A DNA stretch of 64,000 nt from Lama guanicoe (lineage: Eukaryota). Shown piece after piece: positions 13,496 to 30,343 of the stretch. Under the pieces are notes generated by a model. The model was not told the DNA's origin and ran no database searches. It saw nothing but the letters and a program-made list of their open reading frames with translations. The stretch covers positions 5,320,439 to 5,384,438 of the forward strand of contig MU053561.1 in assembly GCA_013239625.1 (NCBI GenBank). The letters run 5' to 3'. Position 1 is the stretch's first letter. Each line of letters starts with the position of its first letter. A program made the translations under genes and the position numbers.

Positions 13496-14523
13496 CACAA
13501 TTGTCAGTTGAGATATATATGCATGAGATCAAAGTTACAGATAATTGTTAAATAACATCCATTCGGTCCACAAATCCTTAAGTGCCTAACATGTATGTGC
13601 CAAGGACTCTTCTGGGCTCTGAGAAAGATTTCCTACTGTCCTAGCGTAAACCCTATGTGGTCTGGGTGAATTACTCTTCTGCTTTATTATTGTCAAATTT
13701 ACTTTGATAGTATTTCAGTAATTCATGCCACAAATGTTGAGTGCTTACTATGTGCCAGGTACTGATCTAGGAATAGCAGTGAACAAAATAGACAAAAATC
13801 TCTGCCTTCATGGTGCCTACTTTTTAGATGTAAATTTATATCCATGTTCACAAGTCAGCAAGGTCTGTAGTTTATTGCTTTGGTGCTGTTGTTATGTTTG
13901 ATTATCAGGGTATTAGGGCACAAAATGAATTTGGTAGCTGTTTCTCCACATAGGAATAGTTCAGATAGCACAAGAATTATCTTTGTTAAAGTCTAAAAGA
14001 ACTCATCTGTAAAATTGTATCTGGAATTTTGGGGAGATAATTTGAGATAGTTTTCTGTTTCTTTTGCTATTTATTTCTTGGGACATTTCATATACACGTA
14101 CAAAGAGGCAATATAGCATAGAAGTTAAGAGTAAGGACTCTGGAGCCCAGCTGCCTGGATTCAAAACCCAATTCTGCTAATTGCTACCTATGTAACTCTG
14201 GGCCTTGGAAAATACCGTTTCTCTGAGCAGAACGCTTCAAAGGATTATATGGCTGCTGGTGGTTTTGTGGTGGAAAATCTCTTGAAATACCTAGATTGTC
14301 ATACTGCCAGAAAGGCAGATCCTTAGAACACATCATTTCTTCACTAGCTCTGTGATCTAGGGCTTCAGGTTTTCACTCAGCTAATGTGCAGGTGGATTGT
14401 GTTGTAGGAATTTGTGTGCTTTCACTTGTATACTTTTCTAACTGATAGATTTTTGTGGAAATAGATTTTTGTACAGTCATCAGAATTGGTTTGAAAGATG
14501 AGCCCTAATGTTCTGCATTTTGA

Positions 14524-14697
<174 letters not shown>

Positions 14698-15858
14698 TGA
14701 GATGAGAAATTACACCTGTAGTTGTGTGTTTTCTGGGAGAGGCATTGTAGAGATTTACAGGGTCTTTGAGTCAATTAAAAAAAAAATCTTCCTCTTTTGC
14801 ATACATTTTTCATCATTTTTTGGCTTAAAAATATGGATTTTACTTTTTACTTTTCTCCCTGATGCTGAGAAACCTTGTCATGGACTTTTAACCCAAGGTG
14901 GGGTTTTGTCATTCAGTACAGTTGTTTAAAAGGAAGATTCCTATACTATATTATTCCTTATTAAAGTTCACCTTAAATAATGATTTTGAAAAGGCATTCT
15001 TCACAATTCAGTCTTAAAATTTGGTGAAAATTCACTTATAAACAAGAATCTCAGTACACTGGGTTAGTGCTACTAAAATTCCTACTTTTTTCCAAGCATG
15101 TATAATGAGAATCGATTTCTAAGTGTTCTAAACTTTTAATAAAGATTTAACTTTTCTACACATTGAATTCATATCATGTTTTTATTATGTGCCCTGTGTG
15201 GGTTTTGGAACTGTTCAAGGTTTCTTGGGTACGTATGGTATCATCTTCCCAAAGTCATCTTTCCTCAGAATATCTGTAGATTTTTGTTCCCCTAAGGAGT
15301 TACTAAATAAGATTTTTTTCATTTGATGTCATAAATTTCAACATATTTATTCTTTTTTTTTCAATGTTTTCAAAACTATTTTTTCAGAAAAGAATATTCC
15401 TTGAAAATTCAGTTTAATTGATTTAGTGTTTTCTAAGGAACTCAAATATTGTGCGGCGTCTCGTTGGTATTTATAGGATGTATCTTTCCACTGCATAGGA
15501 TATCAATAAAAAATGATCAGTTGCTATTATTTCGTGTTCCCCTGATTAGATGTGCCAAATGGGTCGATTTCTGACATACACATTTAAAGGAATTGTTCCT
15601 TCTTTCAGTGGTTCCTGAAGACTCTTGATCATACTTATGAAAGTTTTCCTTCCAGTAATGTTTCTGAGTAGCAGTTCTATTTCTTTAATGAATGAGCAAA
15701 ATGATATAAACTAGGACTTCGGTTTGGAACCTTTTGTTACCCTTAAGTCAGAAATATTCCTACATAATTTACCCTCATTATATGAAGTTCAGTATACTTA
15801 ACTTCAGATAGTAATCAGTAGGGATTTTCTGAGCAGAAATAGAAAAGGTCTTGAATAA

Positions 15859-16086
<228 letters not shown>

Positions 16087-17190
16087 TAATCTAATTCGGT
16101 TATAGGCATATACTCTGTAAGCATATTATCATTGTGGTTTGAGTTTTAAAGGCCCTAGAATGATTTGCTTATTTGAAATGTCTCCAGTGTCTCTCATGTT
16201 ACCCGTAAGTGCAGTCATCTACCATAAAAGTTTCATTCTGTTTGATCTTTAATGGTTGTTTCTAGAACCCAAGATTACAGAAGTATAAATATTCTCAAGG
16301 GGTAAATATTTTAAGCCATGTTGGCCAACATCTTGAGAGAAAGAAAAATTTTTAAAAGATGAGGTATTTTTCAGTGTGAGAGCTGATACCTCTTTGGAAG
16401 TGGGCTACAGGACGGGAGGCTGGTGTTGATGAGCTGAGGACAGAAAGGGAAATGAATCCAAGACAAATTTGACCTCTTTCATGATTTTGCAGGTCATGAC
16501 AGCACTCTATAGTTCAAAGAAAAACTTATTTTATCATACATTAATGTTTGTGACTCAAAACTAAAATTCTTTTGCAACTCCTTTTTTGAAGACGAAGTCT
16601 GTTCACATATTTTTCTGAAGATAAGTTGCCACTCTTTAGTTGAAATGTTTGAGTTCTTTATGCTGAACCTTGCGCTGGGCCCTGGGCATCCTTGTTCTCA
16701 GGGATTTTCCTGTCTAATTAGGAAGGTTAGAGTAGCAGGTATGATACAGTCACAGCAATGTAGAAACACCGTAAATGATTACATGCTGACTGAAGGCCGT
16801 GCAGTTCAGCAGATGGGGTGACTATTCTGGGGTGAAGCAGGCAGCAGGAGTCATGAAGGAGCTGAGAGTCGCTGGGCTTTGAAGGACAGGAGAGGGGAAG
16901 ACAGCCTGTGAAGTGGCACAGACAGGCAGTGTGAGGTAGAGGTTGACATTGTGTCTGAGAGAGAGACTGAATCTACTTCCTTGCAAAACGGAAAAGAACA
17001 GGCTTCCTCTCAGTTACCTGACACGAGTCTTTGGAGACTAGAGAGAACTATTGTCTGGCTTCCTACGCGCGTAGGCAAGCTAAAAGCCTGAAAAATAATG
17101 ATTTCTGAGTTTTCCTGATTTCCCAGAATAATATATTGTACCCCTCAGAAGAAAGTGATTTCAGAAAAGATCTTCCTTTCAGAAAAGTAA

Positions 17191-17397
<207 letters not shown>

Positions 17398-17879
17398 TGA
17401 GTGTCAGTATTACAAGGTCTTCTCTTTACTGCATCAAATTTTTCTGTTCTTAGACTGCTAGACACACAAATTAGACACTAATAGACTGGTGTAATTTGAA
17501 ATGTAAAACCACAGGACGTGAAAAGGAGGGCATTACGAAGAATAACATGAAGGCTGTGGCTCATTCGTCTAATTTCTAGGACTAGAACTTGTCATTGTAT
17601 CTGCTATTGATCTGGCCTTAGCAGCAGGCTGGCCGATCTAATAAGCAGATGAGGGTAGAGGCTGCTGTGTCCTGTTTCCGGGGGTGGGGTGGGTGGGTGG
17701 GCAGTGATAATTTGGTAAGATTTGGGAAACTTCTAGGTTTAGGAAGAAATATTCTCTGCTTTATGTCCAAAACTAACTACACTTTTCCTTTATAGTCTTG
17801 AACTGTTTTCCTGTTTGTTAGATTGTGGTATTTACGAATTACACAAAAAGCTAATATTTTGGAGCCATGACTGTAGCCT

Positions 17880-18100
17880 GGCACTATTCTAAGAGCTTTA
17901 CATGTGGTAACTCACTTAATTGTTTCAACAACTCTCTGAGATGGGTACTTTTACCATCATTCCTTTTCAGATGAGGAAACTGAGCCCCAGAGAGATTTAA
18001 TGACGTGCCCAAAGTTACATGGCGAGTGAGTAGTAGGGCTGATTCAGACTCAGTTTGACTCACGCCTGAGCTTCTCACCTCTACGTGATACTGCCTTGTC
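17880..18100 (-). mobile_element. MIR SINE
   Basis: cagatgaggaaactgagccccagagagatttaatgacgtgcccaaagttacatggc. Confidence 0.8.
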
Positions 18101-18276
18101 ATTTAGGCTGTTCAGTTTCAAGGAAGTTTAATATTTTTCGTTATTGAGGCCAGGTAACATGTAGATCTGTTCAGTTCTGATGTAGTTTTCTTTTACTGCT
18201 TCTTAGTTTTTATACACACAGCTTCAGAGAGTATTTTGAGCTGTCCCCAGTGAGGAAGCTGCCGTTCTCTTTGTAG

Positions 18277-18507
<231 letters not shown>

Positions 18508-18550
18508 TAACAGAGTATGCAACGTGTTTTCCTGTTGTCGGTTGGCTTGA

Positions 18551-18682
<132 letters not shown>

Positions 18683-19543
18683 TGAGTGTGACAACTTTAT
18701 CCATTCCTTTTTTACTTGGTTGTCCTGAAGTAGTGTTTCTGTTTGCCTGACCCTCCCCTGCCTCCAGCTGTCTGCCTACCTATCTAGTAGCTTTTAATGA
18801 CTGATTACTTACCCCTATGAAGAGAATAAGCTCTTTCTCTTTGAGCTAATCTTAAAAGTATCATAAGTGATGCTCAGAAAGAGATTCCTCAATCCCCAGA
18901 TGATGAGAAGGCCAGTTATTATTCACTTGGAGTATGGCTTTTATTCTTGGGCGTCGTTCCTATGTAAGTGGGATTGATGATGATGAGGACAGATATTTGA
19001 AAAAGGACCCCTGAGAGACGGGAGCCGTAAATCTCATCATGAAAGCCAGTGGGCATTTTGTACATTTGGGACATTATAAATCAGAAGTGAGGCGAGTAGA
19101 TGGCAGTGGCTCTTGTTATGATTGACAAGGCAGTTGGGGCTGTGGAAAAACTTTCATATTTTGTTTGTACCACAGGACAGCTGCAGTGTCCATCCTTTTC
19201 TCTGCCTGATCTTCCCTTTCCCTGTTTGGCTGGGGCCCCGGACATGACTTGATCTGCAGTCAAGCTCACAGTGTTTAGAGTAGGGGACGCTGAGTCCGTC
19301 AGTAGGCTCAGCCACACCTCCATCCTCCAGATGTGCTTGCAGGAGTCACTCCCGTCCCAGGACACCTTAGGTGAACAATCCCATGACTTGGCTATAACTT
19401 CTCAGAGGGAGTGCTCTTTTATAGTCTGTTAGAGAGTCGTCAGAGTTTAGCATTTAAGTATTAAAATGTATTATTGTTATGTGAAGCCTTGTGATGGAAC
19501 AGATACAATTTATGAAAGTTTGTCAGCTGTCACCATAGGTTAA

Positions 19544-19876
<333 letters not shown>

Positions 19877-21079
19877 TGATATTTAGTGTGTACTGACCAT
19901 GTGCTGGCACTGTTTTATCTCATTCAACTTGGTGATAATCCTGTAAGGTGGGTACTATTTTTACCCCTAATTTAGACATGAGGAAATTGCCCACAATTTG
20001 TAAGTGAAGATGTCGGGATTAGAACTCAGGGGGAAGAACTCTTGAGTTCCCCTGACCTAAATTTTTCTTCCTTATGTTTGTTTATTTTCCTTAGGATGAT
20101 CCTTAATGCCCTTTTATATGAGCAGGATACATTGTTTGGTACGTTAACCTCATATAATATTTTCAGAGACATCACATTGTTAACATATGAATTACAAGAC
20201 TTGCTTCTCTAATGATGTATAAACCAAGTGATGCTTTTAATTTTAGGTTTTATTTTAATATAAAATCAGTTAGCCTAGAGATGGTGAATCCTTGGAAGGT
20301 ATTTTAGCCTTCCAATGAACATAGGAATTCATTCTACAGCTGCAGAAATGTTTTTAAACCTATCACGTGGTAATATAATAGTTCCTACTTCTTAAGAGTA
20401 ATGTGATGTGTCTAATGAGATAATATAAAAAGTGCTTAGCACAATGCCTGGCAAAGAGTAAGCACCCAGTATGTGTTAACATTGTTACAACATCCCCATC
20501 AGCCGATCAGATCAGTTAGTCTCTGCTTAAATACTTGTGCGGCTGGAGTGATTGTTACTTCATGAGCTTGTTCCACTGCTGGACAGACCGAATGATTAAG
20601 AAATGGTTTTCATACCAACCTTCAGATGTTCAGTGAACAATGATGATGATTCTTCTTAGTTTTATTTTTCTTTATGATAAATATTTCCAGGATGACTTAA
20701 TAAATAGTGTTGATGATGGATATTCATTTGTTTAATTATTGACTTTTCTTGATTCTAAGATACCATTGATTTAGGTTACACGTTTTAATGGGAAAAATCC
20801 TGCTTCATTAAATATATACAGTTTTCCAAAACTGTCTAGAAACAACATACGTTTTATCAAATAAAGTTTGAAGCTTTTCCCTCTGATCTTGCTATCAGAA
20901 TTTGAATCTAAATATTCTTTACATTCAGTCTGAGGATTCATCCAAATTACATTAGCCCTTAATAGCTATGCATAATGTTATGATGATTTTGACCTCCTTT
21001 GTACTTTTGGGATTTACAGTGTAAATTTAAGGCATATGTAAGAATAACTAGGTAAGATTAAATTCACTACATCAAATAG

Positions 21080-21835
21080 AATCCATCATTTCCCAATTCT
21101 GCCACCTAACCTATTCTTTTATTCCCTGTATTTCTAAATGCTGCTGCTAATCACCCAAGACAGAAACCTTGGGGCCATTCCTCCCACCATGTTTCTAGTC
21201 GATCATCGCATTCTCTTGATTCTGCTGTACAGTATCTGCATCTGCCCCCCTGTGTCCACCCTGCTTGGTGCAGAGCATCATCAGCCCTCATCTGGATCCT
21301 TACAACAGCTTCTCCAGGCTAGCCCTCCCTTCGTTTCATTTTCCACACTGCAGCCAGAATGATGCTTCTCAAATACAAACCTGATGCCATTCCTCTTACC
21401 ATCATTTGATTGCTTTCTTCTCCCTTCTGGATTATTTGCTTCTGTTCGTTTATTTGCTCTAATACAGTCTCATGTGGTATAATTTAACTCTACTGAACTT
21501 CTTCCAGTTTCCTCATGTGCTTCTGGGTCTTTACACAAACTGGTTTATTTGCCTGGAACACATCTTCTCCAATACCTATTCCTTTGGCTTGCTCCTTTTT
21601 GTTTTTCAGGTTTTGGCTTGACTGATACTTCTTTAAGAAGCCTTTTCTATATGCTCCTAAGCATTCTTCCCCCCCGCAGTCATGCTTTGTGGTGACTCTA
21701 TTTAGTCATGTCTCCTTCATAAGACTGTAAGCTCCGTGATGTCAAGGACCACATCTGTCTTGTTCTCTCTTGTATTCATAGTGCATGTTACATAGTAGCT
21801 ACTTAATACATATTTTTGGCTAATCAATTAATATA
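21080..21835 (+). mobile_element. L2 LINE 3' fragment
   Basis: ttttccacactgcagccagaatgat, agactgtaagctccgtgatgtcaaggaccacatctgtcttgttc. Confidence 0.7.
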
Positions 21836-22092
21836 TCCATAAATGCTCATCAGCATTATGCTAAGCATCATTGGAGAAGGAGAAGAAATATTCCAAATGG
21901 CCTTTTTAAAGCAATTTATGTATTAGTTTGGGAAATAAATAGAAGACGCTATAAAAGCAGCATATAATGAGATGTGAATTTGTTTGATATAGACTATGAG
22001 GGTTTCTAATTTCAGAAAAGGGTAAAAATGGGTGAGGTTTGTGGCCATCAGAGAGGACACATTGGTGAAAAGGGACTTGAGTTGATATTTGA

Positions 22093-22512
<420 letters not shown>

Positions 22513-23395
22513 TAATTTTTTATCTGTTACAGAGGTCCCTGTGAGCATGATCAGTTGTTCAAATATATTCTACAAATATTCCTTATCTCATTTAGGCCTA
22601 ACTTCTCTTTTTATGGGGAACTATCTTCTCTGTATTTAGGAAGAAAATTAACTTCGGTCACGTATTACCTTAAAAAAAAATCCAGTTTTCCAGCTTTACA
22701 TATTTCTAATTAGATAGGACCAAATGATCAGAGAAATAAGTTCTTCTGTAAAAATTAGTCAAACTTTATAAAAAATCTAACATACAATTCAAATTATGTA
22801 AAGATTGCTTAGGATCATAACATTCCAAACATATGGCAATTTCAGGTCCATCCTGACTGGTGTGAAAGGTATTTGCTCACAGGTTGCTTTGGTCCAGAAG
22901 AATAGAGCTGAATCAGTAAGAGTAAACTACATACCTAATCTTTTGCCAGCATTAATTTAGAATGTTTTGGGCAGCAGAAATATCCATGATGAATAGTTCT
23001 ACTATAAGAAAGTATAATGAAAGAATATTTTTCATGAACACATCACAGTCCCAGATAAAATTTTTATAAGAGAAAAACAAGAAGGAACAAAAAAATATGA
23101 AACAGCTACCACACAGTAAATAGTGTCTCCCCCATAACTGTATTTGAAGGGGTAAAGAGCTGATTTTAAAGGTCTGATGATGCTATATGAAAGGAAATGA
23201 GTATTGCATTTAATTATTACTTTATACAACTCTTACTCTTTATAGAAATGCTTGTAGTTATGCCCATAAAAGTGTAACCTGTGGCATCTGAAAGCAAACA
23301 CTCTTTGTAATCAGGCCTTTTAAAAAATTATAATACAAAGTTCTGTGCTCAATAAGCAGGCCTGCACTGTGCATTATAACAAAAGCCTAATTTTT

Positions 23396-23591
23396 TTAAA
23401 TTGAAGTACAGTCAGTTCCAATGTGTCAGTTTCTGGTGTACAGCACAATGTCCCAATCACGCATATATACATACATACATACATATATTCATTTTCATAT
23501 TCTTTGACATTAAAGGTTATTACAAGATATTGAACATAGTTCCCTGTGCTATACAGAAGAATTTTTTAAATCTATTTTTATATATAGTGAG
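23396..23591 (-). mobile_element. short 5'-truncated L1 3' end with a 16-bp target-site duplication
   Basis: CAAAAGCCTAATTTTT at 23380-23395 and 23592-23607; body ...ggttattacaagatattgaacatagttccctgtgctatacag. Confidence 0.85.
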
Positions 23592-23760
23592 CAAAAGCCT
23601 AATTTTTAATAAGATCTAACAGTCACATATTTGTACATCATTTAAATTTGTATTTCTTTTAGATTTAAAACAGATTTACTTTTTAACACTTTAAAAATTA
23701 TATTTGATAAACACTGCTTCATAGCTCCATCTAGCTATGCAATAATGATGGACATTTTAA

Positions 23761-24162
<402 letters not shown>

Positions 24163-24687
24163 TGAGCAGTGGACTTTTGCTATTTGGGCATTTAACACTT
24201 ATGATAGCTATCACAATGACGTGTTGTAATCTGAAATTTTCCTGAGCCCACATGTAGGAGTGAGTGATGTGCATTTGCTGTTTTGTATACATAGCATATG
24301 TAGTAATTCTCAAAGTGAAAATGGTTCTGTGAAAAGTAGCCAAGTGAGAAATAAATTTATTGAAATTTGATAAGGCTTAGGGATTCAGAACTTAATTTAT
24401 TGGTGACATGTGCAAAAAAATGTGGTTTTGAATGGAAATGTAGTTTGAGAGTAAGCCAGAATTTTGTATAGACATTTGAATTTGTGAAGGTGGAGATTCA
24501 CAAAGTTTGACATCTTGAAAATGTCAAGAGTGTACCACATTATGTAGAAGTATGTTACTACATAATGTGCTTTGCAAGGAACAGGTTAATGAGCTATTAA
24601 CAATGCTTTTTCACTGCCTGTCTTAGTGACTGCTGATTAGAACCTGATCTTTTTAATGTTTTTTATGCTGGGAATATTGTTTACAAT

Positions 24688-24745
24688 TATATAAATATAT
24701 ATATATAAATATATATAAATAAATATATATAAATATATAAATATA
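24688..24745. repeat. AT-rich (TA/TAAA)n low-complexity tract
   Basis: ttatataaatatatatatataaatatatataaataaatatatataaatatataaatata, ~50 nt upstream of a PHTF1 acceptor. Confidence 0.85.
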
Positions 24746-24794
24746 CAGTGACACATATGTTCATTTCACTTTGTGATTTTTTTTTAACTTCTAG

Positions 24795-24938
<144 letters not shown>

Positions 24939-25401
24939 TGACTAACAGTGGAATATGCAGGAATACTCAGAAAACATGCCAAGTGGAATTTCTGGTGACA
25001 GATGCTCAGTGGGCAGTGTAGTTCTGTGTACTGGACAGACTCTGTCAGTGGCTGACAGACTGGTCAGCCAGTTGGGAGTGATCTATCTACAAAGCTGGTA
25101 GAGATACGTACATAAAGCTTAGAAAGGGAAAAGAAAATTTAAATTCCTACGACAGAGTGATAAACTGAACGTTGCATCTTTTTCTAACTTTTTGGCAAAT
25201 ATTCCAACTGAAAGCATGTTTGTGAATCAGTCACACCCTTAATTTGAATAGCATGGATCTCAGAGCTTAATTAAAGTTGAAGATGTCCAAAATATATTAA
25301 AATCCTGTGTCAGAGACTTCTTATAAATGTTTATTTTCACATCAGTGTAGTAAAGTTCAGAGTGTGAATGATGTGAGGGCTGTTGCTGGCTCCAGCGGTG
25401 A

Positions 25402-25593
<192 letters not shown>

Positions 25594-25639
25594 TAAGTGT
25601 GTACATGTATATAATATTACTAGGTGCATGGCTGAAATT

Positions 25640-26900
25640 TCCTGTGTCCTTACTCATTGTTTTGGTTTACTTATTCTGTCAGCCATTGAGAGAGGTGTGG
25701 TCAAGTCTGCCCTGATGGTGGATTTATCTTTTCCTCTTACTTCTGTCAGTTTTTATTTTTGCTCTCTATATTTTTAAGCAGTATAACTGGGTGCATGCAG
25801 ATTTAGAATTGTTATGTATCTTCTTGGTATATGGACTTTTACGTCCTTTATTTTTTTTCTTAATCCAGGATCACATCATTGCATTTAGTTATCATGTCTC
25901 TTTAATCTCCTTTAATCCTGAATAGTGTCAGGCTTTATCTTTCATGACCTTATGAAATGTCTCTATTTCTAATGTTTCTTAACTTGAAGTCTACTCTAAT
26001 TGATATTAATTTAACTACACCAGTTGCGTTTTGATTGGTTTTTGTATGCATATCTTTGTCTACCCGCTTTCACATACTTTGTCTGCAGATTTTAGTTGTG
26101 TCTCAATAATCAGCGTATCCGTCTTTGGTTGCTTATTCCTTAATCCAGCTGCACAGTTTTAATGTTTTGGAATGTCTCGCCCAGTTAAACTTAATGTAAT
26201 TACTATAATCGCAAATGTTACTTGGTTCTTATTTGGTCTACCTATTAATTTTCCTTTTTCTCTCCCTTTTTGCCATCTTTTATTAATTAAATATTCTTTA
26301 AGATTTTTTTTAATCTTCTCTGTTAACTTTGTATAGGTTCTTTTACTCCTATTGACCAGAGTTTACTGCATTCTTACTTATTATAGTCTAATAAAATGAT
26401 TAATTTGCCAGTTGCTTGATAGTGCCAGGATCTTACAACACTTTATCTCATTTACATACTCACTTTTTGTGTTATTAGTATTCTTCATTTCAATTTTACA
26501 TGTATTTAAACCTACAAGATGTAATTATTGCTTTTTGTAGTTAATTATTCATTTAAATTCACCTGTATATTTATCCTTTTCATTACTTTTCATTAGTTTG
26601 TGCATTTCTTTGTTTTTCTCTGAAATTAGTTTCTTCCTGCTTGAAGAATCTGCGGGTGATGAATTCTCTGTTTTTGTTTGTTTGAAAATGTCTTTCACCA
26701 TTTTTATGCTGGAGGATATTTTCACCGGGTATAGATTTCTAGGTTGTAGTTTCAGCACTTTTAGGATTCTGTTACAATTTCCATCTTTTATCTTGAGACA
26801 TCAGTGTTAGTCTTATTGCTGCCCTTTTAAAAGTAATGTCCCTTTTCTCTGGCTGGTTTTAAGAGTTTTTCTTTGTGTTTGGTTTTATAGCAGTTTGGCT
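25640..26900 (-). mobile_element. ancient L1M fragments, antisense
   Basis: ttgagagaggtgtggtcaagtctg...atggtggatttatc, ggatattttcaccgggtatagatttctaggttg; boundaries approximate. Confidence 0.6.
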
Positions 26901-27637
26901 GGGGTTTGTGTATTAGTTAGCTCTTGTGTCACGCTGGGGAAGAGGTGAGCCTAGGTTGCTACTAGCTGTCACTTTCCTCCCCTGTGTACTAACTGGCAGG
27001 AGTGAGTGCCTGACTCAGACTCAGTAAACATATTCCCTCTTTTGTATTAGAAATGAAAGTCTGAGGCATCAGTGGCAGAGTTTGGAGAAGACAGGTCAGG
27101 AGGGGTCAGTGGGGTCAGTAGGATGCTCAGACAAACCGAAGCAGGAGCAAGCCAGAGTTAGAGGGGAGCAGTAAACAGGGTCTTGCAAGGCAGTGGAACC
27201 GGCTGAGAGGAGTGGAGGTGGGAGCCCAAATGGCCCTGGTGGGAGATGGAGAGGGCAGCCACCGCTGATTCCTGTTTTTCAAAGGCCTGTATTCAGTTTC
27301 CATGAGGGTTCTCTGTGTATTTTTCAGTAAATCCCATTTCACCTTGGGCTTGCTTGGGTGAACTTTTTTACATTTCAAGCAATGAAAATTTTGAAGAAAA
27401 CAAAAACTTTTACCTGGAAACTTGACACATCACAGGCACTTGGTAACTGGTGGCAGCTGCTGCTGTCATTCAGAGCCTAAGGTGGAGTAAAGGACTGACC
27501 CTCAGGATTTTCTGCTCATGGGGGCTGGGCCACATGTTTTAGGGAGTCAAATGCAGATTTAATCCTTTGAAAAATGGGCACCAGGTAATTGTGAGGGGTC
27601 AGAGAACTTGGAAATGCATTCGTCTTACCGTGTTATG

Positions 27638-27750
27638 GTTTTTTTTTTTTTACATTTTTTATTGATTCATAATCATTTTACAGTGTTGTGTCAAATTCCA
27701 GTGTTCAGCACAATTTTTCAGTCATTCATGGACATATACACACTCATTGT
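27638..27750 (-). mobile_element. short L1 3' tail fragment, antisense
   Basis: poly-T then ttttacagtgttgtgtcaaattccagtgttcagcacaatttttcagtcattcatggacatatac. Confidence 0.6.
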
Positions 27751-27925
27751 TTTCCTCCTCAGTTACTTCCAGACCCTTGCTGTCTTTCATGCAAAGGAGA
27801 AAAACTTAGGAAACTTAGAGAAATACATAATGACTAATTACATAGATAATACTTCATGAATATTAAAACTTTCCTGCCATAAGTATTTAAATATTGTTAT
27901 CTTGTAAAAGTTTTTAAATTGCTAG

Positions 27926-28228
<303 letters not shown>

Positions 28229-29100
28229 TAGATTCTGTCACTTTCTAGCTATGTGACCTTCCAGCTTAAAAGTCACTTTGCAACTATATGATTTTTCCCT
28301 TCTTGTAAAATGAGTATAATGTTTTACCCACCTGCTCTCAGGATTGGATGCTACTTTGTAGTATGAAAATTATTTTTATTGGTGGTAACGGAGCATGCTT
28401 TTGGTCCCATATTCTATGTCAAGTATTAGATCTTTAGAATCCCTTCATTAGAGTATGTTTAATAAGCTTCTTGAATTTCTTCTCTATCAGTCATAGAATA
28501 CAACCAAGTGTTCAGAAAATATTTTCTCTTTAGTATGTGAATAGATATTAAGATTAAAAAACGTTTCTTATAAATACGGAGTAATATAAAGTTTTTTTTA
28601 AAATTTCATGGGTATTTATAAGTTTTAAATAAAAATATCTGGTATCATTAGTTTTTATTTTTTGCCTTAGAAATATAATGGAGAGTTCTTCCTACAAGGC
28701 AAAAACTAAGGGATTGGGAAGTTAAAAGCAGCTGTCTTCTTCCGGTCCATACATGTTTAATGAGGGTGTTAGATCACTTGTGGGATACCGAGATGAGCAA
28801 AATACAGTTTTTGAACTCAAGGAATTTACACTTCAATTACTATCGTTAATATAAAAATTTCCCTTGTTTTAATAAATTGCTTCATCATTTTTTAATTCAT
28901 TATAGCTTTTCTTTGCCAAATGTGACTGACTGAGGGACGGGGGGTTGGGTACATGACATATGTGCTCTGTAGAAATAGCTACTGGAATTTTGAAGTTTAT
29001 TTTACTTGAAAACATTGCCCTCAGAGCCTGCCAAATTGAATGTAATATATATATATATCTTTTCCATGGCATTTGCTTTAATCTGTATTCCTTCCCTTAG

Positions 29101-29211
<111 letters not shown>

Positions 29212-29631
29212 TGATACATTTTTATTACCATTTAAAGTAAATCAGTGCTGTGCTTGGAGAAGACCCTAGTAACAGATAGATGCCAGGCTATGTAGATTCA
29301 GAATGCCAGCCGGATAGTTTGGGGTTAATGACTCTGAGAAAAACTTTCCCATCTTGCTACCCAAGTTCTTGTGTTGCTGATATCTGTGACCTTTTAAAAT
29401 TACACTTAAAAAAATCACAAATAGCATATTGCTTGAACCCACCTTTAAAAACTTAGCTAGTGGAAAAGTAGGCGAGAATCCATTACAGGTTTTTTTGAAG
29501 GTAGATATTGACATTAAGGGAAGAGGCCTTAAGCAGTCATCTTCCCCTAAAACTCAAAAAACAGCCCAGAAATCACCGATAGCTATTGTGAAACCATGTA
29601 TTTCATCTCAGTTCTTTTCATGTTTTTGTAG

Positions 29632-29811
<180 letters not shown>

Positions 29812-30322
29812 TGATAATCTTTGTTCTTCCTACTATGTGTGTGTCTGTGTGAGAGGCAGGGGGCAGGGGCAGAGAGGAAGAGAGAGGAAGGGAGGAAGGC
29901 ATGGAGAGAGGGAGGGCCTGGCATTGAAATAACTTGAGGTAGAGAAATAGACATTGGAAATAGACATTCAGCTTAGGTTTTCTCATTTTACACAAGTATA
30001 ATAGACTGCTCTTGAGTGAAACATAAAAAGCAAGTTTGAATCTCACGTCTATTTAATAGCATGGGCTGGGTTGGCTTCTGATATCGGGAAAGGTATGGAG
30101 GCAGAATGAATGAAAACCAAAACCCCATGAGCTGCAGTATATCATTTTTGATCCTGGAAATTGTTAATGTTTTTTCTCGACGATGTTCTATGGTTGCTAT
30201 TGCCAGAGTTGGCACTTTTTTTCTTACGTAAAGGGTTCTTGATTCATAGTCAGGTAAGTGTACCATCAACCCCACCTGTTTGTCCTAAAACTAACTTATT
30301 TTGGTGATTTTTCTTTTCTCAG

Positions 30323-30343
30323 CTGTGGAAAATTAAGTCATAA
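30323..30343 (+). CDS. PHTF1: PHTF1 terminal coding segment LWKIKS* (TAA at 30341-30343)
   Basis: ttcttttctcag acceptor then CTG TGG AAA ATT AAG TCA TAA; closes a 2187-nt in-frame chain. Confidence 0.93.
   Translation: MWKIKS

Noticed and set aside
18895..19015. Possible C/D box snoRNA (TGATGA ... CTGA) in a PHTF1 intron
   Set aside because: No terminal stem or recognisable guide; such short motifs occur by chance.
30323..30343. ER-retrieval dilysine signal in the PHTF1 C-terminus (WKIKS)
   Set aside because: Lysines are at -4 and -2, not the canonical KKxx or KxKxx positions.
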